Below are positions 29,225-38,200 of a stretch of 64,000 nt of DNA, in pieces. How positions within the stretch are numbered: position 1 is the first letter of the stretch; each line of letters starts with the position of its first letter. Below the pieces are notes generated by a model, which ran no database searches, was not told where the DNA came from, and was given only the letters and a program-made list of their open reading frames with translations. The translations under genes and the position numbers were made by a program. This DNA is from Candidatus Multivoradales bacterium (lineage in GTDB: Bacteria; Acidobacteriota; Thermoanaerobaculia; Multivoradales; J023): NCBI GenBank assembly GCA_965248925.1, contig CBDFLE010000006.1:672001-736000 (forward strand), read 5' to 3'.

Positions 29225-29809
29225 ATGCAAAGCTCAGAGCCAGAGGACATTACCCGGCTGCTGCTGGCCTGGAGCCAAGGCGACAGCGCCGCCTTCGAGC
29301 AGCTGTCGGCAGAGGTCTACAAGCGCCTCTCGAATCTGGCCGCCAGCTATCTGCGGGGGGAACGCCCGGATCACACTTTGGAAACCGCCGCCTTGGTTAA
29401 CGAAGCATTCCTGCGCTTGGTCGACCAGCATAGTGTGCGCTGGCGCGACCGCTCACACTTTTTCGCCATCGCCGCCAAACTGATGCGCCGCATCTTGGTC
29501 GACCACGCTCGCCGCCACGCGGCCAGCAAACGGGGCGGTGGGGCACAGAAGATTCTCTTCGAAGACCTGGCCCAGCTCAGTCCACGCCAGCACCCCGATC
29601 TGCTGGCCCTCGACGATGCCCTGCAAGACCTGGAACGGCGTGACGGCGAACTCGCCGAAGTGGTCGTCTTACGTTACTTTGGCGGCTTGACCAAAGAGGA
29701 GGTGGCGGAGGTCATGGGCCGCTCGACGGCGACCATCGCCCGCCGCTGGCGAACCGCTCGCGCCTGGCTCTATGCCTACCTGGTAGAAGGCGAGGTCGAT
29801 GAGTTCTGA
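29225..29809 (+). CDS. ECF sigma factor, kinase-associated type
   Basis: ITRLLLAW, HTLETAALVNEAFLRL, MRRILVDHARR..KRGG, LRYFGGL, WRTARAWL. Confidence 0.92.
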   Translation: MQSSEPEDITRLLLAWSQGDSAAFEQLSAEVYKRLSNLAASYLRGERPDHTLETAALVNEAFLRLVDQHSVRWRDRSHFFAIAAKLMRRILVDHARRHAASKRGGGAQKILFEDLAQLSPRQHPDLLALDDALQDLERRDGELAEVVVLRYFGGLTKEEVAEVMGRSTATIARRWRTARAWLYAYLVEGEVDEF

Positions 29810-32255
29810 AGGCTGGCGGCAAGCCAATCGGATCTTCGAGCTGCTGGTGGAGCGACCGCCAGCAGAGTGGGCAGCCCTGCTTGATCGCGAGTGCGGTAGC
29901 GATCGACCACTGCGCACCGCCGTTGAACGTTGGCTAAACGCCGACCGCGCCGCCGAGGATTTTCTGGAGACCCCTCTGGTCCACCCAGCCACCATCCCAG
30001 CCGCGGCCGACGACAACCCGCCGACCCATGTGGGCCCCTACCGCCTGCTCGAGAGGATCGGTCAGGGCGGCATGGGCACCGTCTATCTGGCCCTCCGCGA
30101 CGATGACACTTTTCGCCGCCAGGTCGCGGTGAAAATCATCTCCCAAAGCGCTTCAAGTGCCGCCGCCCGCCAACGCTTCAGCAGCGAGCGACGCATCCTC
30201 GCCACCCTGGAGCATCCATGGATCGGGCGCATCTACGATGGCGGCGAGACCGACGACGGCACTCAATACCTGGTGATGGAGCATATTCGCGGCCTGCCCA
30301 TCGACCAATTCTGCGACAGGCGACAGGTCGCCTTCAGCGACCGCCTCGAATTGTTGGTCAAGGTCTGTTCAGCCGTTCACTACTCGCATCAAAAACTGGT
30401 CGTCCACCGCGACCTCAAGCCGTCCAACATCCTGGTCACCGAAGACAGTGAGCCCAAGCTGCTCGACTTTGGTGTCGCCAAGTTGCTACAGCCCCTGGCC
30501 GGGACGGCAGAGACCGCACCCACCGCCACTTGGATGCGCCCGCTGACACCACACTACGCCAGCCCGGAGCAGGTTCGAGGTGAGGCGGTGTCGACCGCCA
30601 GCGACGTCTACTCCCTCGGCGTGTTGCTGTTCAAATTGCTCACCGGCGAACTGCCTTTCGGCCTCGCCGGCAAGTCGCTGCGGGAAATCGAAGAGATCGT
30701 CACTGACCACGACCCTCCTCCCCCCAGTTCACTGGCCACTGCCGGCGAGGTGGGCCGAACCGCCTGGCGAGACCTCGACTGCATCGTCCTCAAGGCCCTG
30801 CGCGGCGAGCCGGCCGAGCGCTACAGCTCGGCCGAACGGCTGGGCGAAGATCTACGCCGCTTTCTCGATGGCTTTCCAGTCACCGCCAGGCGTGGCAACT
30901 TCGCTTATCGCAGCCGCAAGCTGCTGCGCCGCCATCGGTTGGCGGCTACTTTCGCCGCCCTGCTGGCTGGCTTGCTGACCGCCTACACCGTCAACGTCGC
31001 CGTCTTGGCCCAGCGCCTGGAGCGAGAACGGGCCGCTCTGGAAGAGGTGGTGGACTTCTTTGTCGACATCTTCCAAAGCGCCGGACCGATGGTCGCCGCC
31101 GGCCGTGCCGTCACCGTCCGCCAGGCGATCGACGACAGCGCCGAGAGGCTCGCCAATGAACTGACCGACCAACCGCAGGTCAGAGCCGAGATCCTAGGCG
31201 CGCTGGCCGACATCTATCTCGATTTCGGCGACGCCGAACCAGCCCTGCTGCACTCGCGCCAAGCCCTCGAACTATACCGCGGCCTGGCTGGCGATCACGG
31301 CGACCGAGTAGCTGCCGGGCTCGACCGGGTCGGCGCCGCCTTGCGTGAGGTTTGGCAACCGGAGGAAGCCGAACGGCTCGGCCAACAAGCCCTGGCCTGG
31401 TTTCGAGCCCATCCCGACCACAATCCGCGCGATCTGGTGCGCGCTCTGAACAACCTGAGCACCCTCTATTGCTATCGCGGCGACTATGCCGGCGCCGCGC
31501 CCTATGCCCACGAAGCCTTGGAGCTGGCCCGTTCGCAACTCGGCGAAAGCGTTCACGAAACCGCCGTAGCGACGGTCCAACAAGGCCAAGTGCTATTCAA
31601 TCTGGGCCACCGGGAACGTGCCGAGCAGATGTACCAGCGCGGTCTCGAACTCTACCGCCTACGCTTTGGTGAACCTCACCCCCTGCTAGCTACCCTGCAC
31701 CAGAACTTGGCACGCATCCACGCCGAACGAGGTGATGTCGAACGTGCCCGCGAGAGCTTCCGTCAGGCCGACAGCCAATATCTGCGGATCTTCGGCGCCA
31801 ACTACCACGAGCGGGTCAAATCCCTATCCGCGCTGGGCCGTCTGGCGAGTGAAAACGCCCACCCCGAGGAAGCCGCGGAGTTGTTTCAGCAGGCTCTCGA
31901 AATCGGCCTCGCAAACGGTTCTCCACCCTACATTCTGCGTCCGGCCATTGGCCTGGCCGCCACCGCCCTCGAAAGCGACAGCTGCGCCAACGTCATCCCT
32001 TGGCTGCGCCGCGGCCTCGCCGCCTTTGCAGCCGACAGCGCAACCCTGGCACCTGTCCCTGAACCGCCTTGGCAGTACTTCGAGTTGCAAAGTCTGCTTG
32101 GCGAATGTTTGGCCCGAGACGGCTCGCGGCGTGAGGCCCGCGAGCTAATGCGGCGCAGCCTGGCACGGCTCGAACAATTGCGTCCCGCCGATCTGCCGCT
32201 GCTAGCGCGAGCGCGGCAACGGCTGGCGATGACGCAGCCAGACGAGGGAATCTGA
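29799..32255 (+). CDS. Membrane Ser/Thr protein kinase with TPR repeats
   Basis: GQGGMGTVY, VAVK, HRDLKPSN, DFG, YASPEQ; TM; TPR units. Confidence 0.93.
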   Translation: MSSEGWRQANRIFELLVERPPAEWAALLDRECGSDRPLRTAVERWLNADRAAEDFLETPLVHPATIPAAADDNPPTHVGPYRLLERIGQGGMGTVYLALRDDDTFRRQVAVKIISQSASSAAARQRFSSERRILATLEHPWIGRIYDGGETDDGTQYLVMEHIRGLPIDQFCDRRQVAFSDRLELLVKVCSAVHYSHQKLVVHRDLKPSNILVTEDSEPKLLDFGVAKLLQPLAGTAETAPTATWMRPLTPHYASPEQVRGEAVSTASDVYSLGVLLFKLLTGELPFGLAGKSLREIEEIVTDHDPPPPSSLATAGEVGRTAWRDLDCIVLKALRGEPAERYSSAERLGEDLRRFLDGFPVTARRGNFAYRSRKLLRRHRLAATFAALLAGLLTAYTVNVAVLAQRLERERAALEEVVDFFVDIFQSAGPMVAAGRAVTVRQAIDDSAERLANELTDQPQVRAEILGALADIYLDFGDAEPALLHSRQALELYRGLAGDHGDRVAAGLDRVGAALREVWQPEEAERLGQQALAWFRAHPDHNPRDLVRALNNLSTLYCYRGDYAGAAPYAHEALELARSQLGESVHETAVATVQQGQVLFNLGHRERAEQMYQRGLELYRLRFGEPHPLLATLHQNLARIHAERGDVERARESFRQADSQYLRIFGANYHERVKSLSALGRLASENAHPEEAAELFQQALEIGLANGSPPYILRPAIGLAATALESDSCANVIPWLRRGLAAFAADSATLAPVPEPPWQYFELQSLLGECLARDGSRREARELMRRSLARLEQLRPADLPLLARARQRLAMTQPDEGI

Positions 32256-32287
32256 GCTGCTCGTCGAGCGTAAACCACCGCCCGGGG

Positions 32288-32319
32288 CCTGATACGAAAC
32301 GCAAGGGTTTCTGCGCGTA
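32288..32319 (+). promoter_or_regulatory. Candidate ECF promoter, possibly giving a leaderless mRNA
   Basis: CCTGATACGAA-N11-TCTGCGCGTA ending 7 nt before ATG 32327; no SD visible. Confidence 0.65.
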
Positions 32320-32326
32320 AACGGGC

Positions 32327-32869
32327 ATGAGCGCATCAAAAAACCCCGTCTATTCCATCGCCCTCCACTTTCTGCTCATCGCCCTGGCCACCGGCACCGT
32401 TCTGCTGGCACGCCAGAACAGCGAACTTAACCGCCGACTCAACCCGCCACCACCTCCACCGGCCTTCACCGAGGGGGAAGTGGTCGAGCCCTTCCAGGTA
32501 GTCGACCTTGAAGGCATGGCATCACAGATCGAACCCGCCTCGGCTGAGCGTCGACAGCGGGTCTTGGCCTTCTTCACCACCACCTGCGCGGTCTGCCGTG
32601 AGAACCAAGAGAGATGGCGCCAACTGTATGAGCAGGCGAGCCAACGGGTCGAGATCACCGGCATCAGCTTCGATCCTCCCGAGGTGACCCGCGCCTACGC
32701 CGAGGAAATAGCCATCCCTTTTCCGGTGGTCACGCTGCGCAACCCGGACGATTTTTCGTCCCGCTACCCGGTCGACCGCGTGCCACTGACGGTCAATATC
32801 GATGCCGCGGGCAAGGTGCGAAACTCGTGGCTCGGCCTACTTCCCGACGAGGCCTTGGCAAGCATCTGA
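32327..32869 (+). CDS. Membrane-anchored TlpA-like thioredoxin-fold protein
   Basis: N-terminal TM; FFTTTCAVC (CxxC); VP cis-Pro motif; ID..GKV. Confidence 0.85.
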   Translation: MSASKNPVYSIALHFLLIALATGTVLLARQNSELNRRLNPPPPPPAFTEGEVVEPFQVVDLEGMASQIEPASAERRQRVLAFFTTTCAVCRENQERWRQLYEQASQRVEITGISFDPPEVTRAYAEEIAIPFPVVTLRNPDDFSSRYPVDRVPLTVNIDAAGKVRNSWLGLLPDEALASI

Positions 32870-33380
32870 CCCGCCACGCGGCACCGCCACCCGGCTTTGC
32901 CCCACTACTCCACCACACTTCGGGGCCGGTCACCCGCCGGCTCCCCAGCCCCGGTTCGCAGCCCCACTAGTTCCTCCCTCTAGCAGCTGGTTCGCGCGAC
33001 GACGGAGTCACGGTTAAATCTCATATCGACCCGGGACAAAATCGACTCGCATGAATATCCACAATGTAAAAATGTTGAATAGAGAATGCACCTAAGATTG
33101 CGTTTTGCATGTTAAGTTCGAACCGTTCACAGGCGGAATCTTTAGACAATTGGCCCTCGCCGTAAGACTGGATGTAACACTATCCGTGCCACAATCCGAT
33201 CCTGTGGACCTCGTATCAGAACATAGCTTGGGAGAGCCAGTGGAAATATCAGCGGATTTTCGTCCGTCACCCTCGGCGGCAGTCTTGCCGTCGACGAGCG
33301 ACTGCGCTAGGCCGCAATCGCCTCTAGGCGGCGATTTTCCGACCCGGCGACCTCCCTGCATCAAGCTGGGAAGCCGAGAA

Positions 33381-35060
33381 GTGAGCGTTGTTGCGCTATC
33401 CAGCTGGGCTGCCGCCAGACTGCCAACCGGTGGCAGGCTTGATTTCGTCGGCCGGCTCGACAATCGCGAGGCACTTTTGCGTTCGCTACCCGCTCCGCCC
33501 CCCTTAGCCAACGTTGAGGATGCTGACCTCCTAGCCCACGCCTATGGGGCGTGGGGCATCGACTTTCTACGCCGCCTGCTGGGCTCTTTCGCCTTGCTTA
33601 TCTGGGATCCGTCGCGGGGGGTGGTAATTCTCGCTCGCGACCCCCTCGGCGGACGGACTCTCAACTACTCGCTGAGCGCCGACCTGCTGGTCCTCGGCAG
33701 GGACCCGACCGACGTCCTGGATCATCCAAAGATCAGCGACGAGCTAGACCCGGCCTGGTTGGCCGCTTATTTCGCATTGCAAGAGCCAGCCGACGGACGC
33801 ACGACGTTTGCCCGTGTCCGTGAACTGCCGCCAGGCCATTGGCTCGAAGTAGGGGCTCGACACAGCAAGCTGCACTGCTATTGGTCCACGGCGGATTGGG
33901 CCAGACCGCTAGCCAGCGCGCTACCCAGCTCCCCGGGCGAGGTCGACGAAGAGCTTCGACACCTCTTGCGAGCAGCGGTTCGCTGCCGCCTGCAAGGGGT
34001 CGAGAGTCCCGCGCTGCTGATGAGTGGCGGTCTCGATTCTGTTCCAATCGCGGCGGCTGCCAGGGAAATTCTCGGCCCGGCGAAGCGACTCCTGGCGGTG
34101 TCCTGGGTGTTCCCCAACTACCCTCGAGCCGACGAGAGCGAACTCATCGCCAGCGCTGCCGCATGGTGCCAGCTCGATTCGATTTGCTTACCTTGCGACG
34201 ATCAGCTACCGCTCGGCGATTTCGGCAGCTGGCCCCTGCACCCGGCAACACCTGAGCAAAACCCCTACCGACGTTTTCATCAACGGGCCTATGCCGCCGC
34301 CGCCAAAGGTGGCGCGCGGGTAATGCTGTCGGGAATGTGTGGCGATCAGCTGTGGAGTGGCGCCGAGACCTGGCTTGGCGACGCGCTGCGCCGCGGTCAC
34401 CTCAGTGAGGCTCTGCGGGAAATCACCTGGCAGCTACGGCACGGCCGGCTGCTCAGGCCCGAGTTGCCTCGCTGGCTACGAGCGGCTCGCCAACTCTTGC
34501 GCCCGGCTAGTCAATTCCCCTGGCTGACCGCGACGGCCCGACAGCTGGTACCGCCGCAGCGGCAGAACTGCTACCAGCAGTTTCCTCGCCCGCAGCAGGC
34601 AAGGTTGCTGCTCGGCAGCGCCAACGGCCACGGATTCGCGGTCGAAGCAGCCTTCACCCGCCGCGCCGGCATCGAACTGCGCTATCCACTGCGCGATCGG
34701 CGCTTGATTCAGTTGGCATTGGCCCTGCCAACCTCTGCCCTATATGCCCGCGGCATCGAGCGGGTAGCCTGGCGGCGGGCAGTGGCGGACAGCATTCCCG
34801 AGCGCATCGTCCAGCGCCAGGGGAAGGCCACTTTCGTCGACTTGTTCGCCCGCGGCATCTATCAGCGAGACCGGCCGCGAATCGCCGGGCTGCTCTTCAG
34901 CGCCGACGCGATGTGGCCAGCCTATGTCCGCTCGCACATCGTCCGCCGGGCTTGGGAAAATCGCGACACCGGCTTCGCTGGCCTCCAGCTGTGGCTAGCA
35001 CTGTCGTTAGAGCTGTGGTTGAGAAACCGGGCCAGACCGTTTGGAGGACCCACCTTATGA
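33381..35060 (+). CDS. Asparagine-synthetase-like lasso peptide cyclase (C protein)
   Basis: GRLDNR, GSFALLIWD, LARDPLG, LMSGGLDS, GDQL, RYPLRDRRL; no N-terminal catalytic Cys seen; directly upstream of the precursor; start uncertain. Confidence 0.82.
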   Translation: MSVVALSSWAAARLPTGGRLDFVGRLDNREALLRSLPAPPPLANVEDADLLAHAYGAWGIDFLRRLLGSFALLIWDPSRGVVILARDPLGGRTLNYSLSADLLVLGRDPTDVLDHPKISDELDPAWLAAYFALQEPADGRTTFARVRELPPGHWLEVGARHSKLHCYWSTADWARPLASALPSSPGEVDEELRHLLRAAVRCRLQGVESPALLMSGGLDSVPIAAAAREILGPAKRLLAVSWVFPNYPRADESELIASAAAWCQLDSICLPCDDQLPLGDFGSWPLHPATPEQNPYRRFHQRAYAAAAKGGARVMLSGMCGDQLWSGAETWLGDALRRGHLSEALREITWQLRHGRLLRPELPRWLRAARQLLRPASQFPWLTATARQLVPPQRQNCYQQFPRPQQARLLLGSANGHGFAVEAAFTRRAGIELRYPLRDRRLIQLALALPTSALYARGIERVAWRRAVADSIPERIVQRQGKATFVDLFARGIYQRDRPRIAGLLFSADAMWPAYVRSHIVRRAWENRDTGFAGLQLWLALSLELWLRNRARPFGGPTL

Positions 35061-35263
35061 GCTCAATGAGAGCCACCCCGAAACCCTCTGCTGCGGCAGC
35101 AGCCACCGGCGATGGGAGTTCCAAGAAACTGCGCAAGAGAGCCTACAAGTCGCCTCGGCTGAACGAGTTGGGCGAACTTCTCGACGTCACCATGGGCCCC
35201 TCTCCGGGGCTCGGTGAAAGCGGCAATCCAGCAGTCTTTAGATCCGGCACGAGGAGTCCGTGA
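35057..35263 (+). CDS. Lasso peptide precursor (68 aa)
   Basis: Leader YKSPRLNELG (YxxPxLxxxG), Thr at -2, core GPSPGLGESGNPAVFRSGTRSP with Gly1 and Glu8; GGAGG upstream of the ATG. Confidence 0.85.
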   Translation: MSSMRATPKPSAAAAATGDGSSKKLRKRAYKSPRLNELGELLDVTMGPSPGLGESGNPAVFRSGTRSP

Positions 35264-38200
35264 TAATCAAGAAATCCCTGAATGGAGGTAGCCAATGGCT
35301 GTTGCTGATGGCCATGCCGGCGGCTCTGCATGCGATCAGCGAGCCTGTCGAAGGCTTGATCTACACCTATGAGAACACCACCTCCGGAGCGGTCGATGAC
35401 GTCGCGACTCCCTGTGTCAGCCCCTTGGTGCGCAGTTTCTCGGTCAGCGACAGCTTCACGGTCAGCGGCATCGCCGTCGGCCTGAACATCGATCACACTT
35501 ACCGCGGCGACCTGGTCGTCACGCTGATCGCCCCCGACGCGACCAGCTTGCAGTTGTTCGCCCAGAACGGCGGTGACGGCGACGACAACCACGATATCTG
35601 GATGTCGACCAACACCGAGGGCGCGCTCGACGATGGAGATGTCGACCCCACCGCCGAACCTTTCTACTCACGGTTGGTCTCGATCGCCGGCCTCGGCGGC
35701 TTCTACACCGGCAACGCATCAGGGACCTGGAGTCTACAAGTCTGCGATTTCTTTGCTGTCGACTCAGGCACCTTCAACCGCGCCCGCCTGGTGCTCTCGA
35801 GCAGCACTGCGGCGACCACCGTCGGCACCTCCTCGGTCACCTACGATTGGGGGGCCAACGGTAACAACGCGGCCTTTGTCGGCGCCACCATCAGCGGTGT
35901 CACCCTGAGTCAGACCAGCACCACGGATTTCGGCGGCGCCGGCACCAACGTGCCGGCCAGCTCGTTCTTCAATCTGCGCACCACCACCACGTCGCTGAGC
36001 GGCGAGTCCGGCTACTACAGCCTCTACATGGATGCTCTGAACATCGTTGGCGCCGGCACCGAGAGCGAGACGGTCGGCGAGCAGACCACCTTCGGCTTCA
36101 GTCCGGAAGTCCGGGATCTCACTTTCGCCCTCAAGGACATTGATTTTCTGAGCACTGACTTCGAAGATCTAATGTGCGTTTTGGGTCTCGACGCTGCCGG
36201 CAACTCGGTACCCTTCACTATCGCCCTCGGCACGGCCCATCAGCTGGCTGGCAATACCATCGAGGGCGATACCGCGACCCCCAACACCCAGACCGAGGCC
36301 TCCGCAACGGTGGTCTTCGATGGGCCGGTGGCCAGTGTGCGAATTGACCATATGCAGAGCGACGACGCGGCGGTCGGCCCAGGTGATCAGCTGGTCGGCA
36401 TCTCCGACTTCACCTTCACCGCTTTTGACTTCGGCGACGCCCCCAGCACTTTCAGCACTCAGCTCGGCGGCGGCGCCCGCCATGTGCTGAGCGACCGCTC
36501 GTTATTCCTCGGAGCAAATCCTCCCGACGGCGAGTCCGACGGTCAGCCCGGCAGCGCCGCGACCAGCGACGACACCACCGCCGTCGGCGGCGTCGATGAT
36601 GAGGATGGCGTCGCCAGCTTCCCGAACTACGACGGCACCAGCTCGACCTACACGGTGAGCGTCACCGCCACCAACCTGTCGACCACCACCGCCGCCAATC
36701 TGGTGGGCTACATCGATTGGAATCGAGATGGCGACTTCGCCGACGCTGACGAGCGCTCGGCGACGGTCTCGATACCGGCCAACACCGCCAGCGCCACCGC
36801 GTTCAATGTCACTTGGTCCTCAGTACCCGCCAACGCGGGCGGCACCACTGCCACTTACGCCCGCTTCCGCATCGCCACCTTGGCCAGCGAAGTCGAATCG
36901 CCCAGCGGCTTGGCGGCCAATGGCGAGGTCGAGGACTACCCGATCATCATCGACACCCTACCGGTCGCGCTGTCCTATTTCCTTGCCGAGCGGCAAGGCA
37001 GCGAACTGATCGTCAACTGGGCCACCGAGACCGAAACCTCGACCGTCGGCTACGCCATCCTCGGACGGGGCAAGAGTGGTTGGCAGCGCCTGCAAGCCAA
37101 GCTGATCCCAGCCCGTGCCCTCGACTCGCTGAAGCCTCAGCACTACCGAATCGAACTGGACGCCGGTGGTTTGGAGACCGGCAGTGACTTGGCGACCGTG
37201 CTGCTCGAAGACTGGGATGTCGAAGGTCGCGCCATACAGTGGGGGCCGTTCGAGATTGGCACCGCCTACGGCCGCCAAAACACCTTGCGGCCGATCGGTT
37301 GGACGAAGATCCGCCACGACGCGGAATCCGCGGTGGTCAGCTCGCGAGCGGCCGCCAAGGCGGTTCCGCGACTCGACAATGGCGCCGTACTGGCCGAACT
37401 GCGAGTCGACCGCGAGGGCCTGCAACGAGTTCTCTTCGAAGATCTGCTCAACGCCGGGGTGGACCTCGAAGGAGTCTCCATCGACCGGCTGCGCTTGCGC
37501 CAGGCCCGCGATCAGCAGCCGATACCGATCACCGTCGCAGGGTCTGCCGGCCGGCCAGAATCCATGGGTCCCGGCGGCTGGATTGAGTTCCGCGGCCTAC
37601 CTCGCGGTGACAACCTCTACACACGCCAACGGGTCTACCAACTGGTGCTGGGCAAGCCAAGGCGGGTGCGCTTGCACGACTCACGGCCCAGGCGCGGCGC
37701 CCTCGAGAGTTACCAGGCGAGCGTGCAGATCGAGCGCGATCTGGTCTACAGCTTGGGCTCCCCCAATGGCGACCCCTGGTTCGAGGCCGCCGTGCTGGCC
37801 CAGGCCAGCCCCGCGGAGCGTCGCTTCACCTTGAACATCGATCAGTTGGCGTCTACCTCCGGCCGCTTGCAAGTCGGCCTTTGGGGAGTCACCAACTGGC
37901 CCGGCGCGGCTCCTGACCACTCGATCGAGATCTACTTCAACGGCACCCTGCTGGCCGCCGAGCGCTTCGACGGCCTGACCCAGCGCGACTTCGATCTGGA
38001 GGTGCCCACAGGAGTGCTGTTGGCAGGAGCCAACGAGCTGACCGTGCGCTTGCCCGGCGATACCGGCTACGCCTTTGACCTGGTCCACATCGATCGCTAC
38101 GAACTGAGTTTCGCCCGCCACTTCGTTGCTCGCGACGGCCGGCTGAGCTTCACCGCCGAGCGGGGCTCGATCACCGTCGAGGGATTGTCTACCCCGGAGG

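Noticed and set aside
33105-33380. N-terminal extension of the cyclase or a hidden RRE/B1 gene
   Set aside because: Translations are Pro/Ser-rich with no PqqD-like pattern; the region follows an AT-rich promoter-like stretch and is more likely untranslated
33381-35060. Housekeeping asparagine synthetase AsnB
   Set aside because: No N-terminal MCG catalytic Cys, and the gene is coupled to a lasso-type precursor
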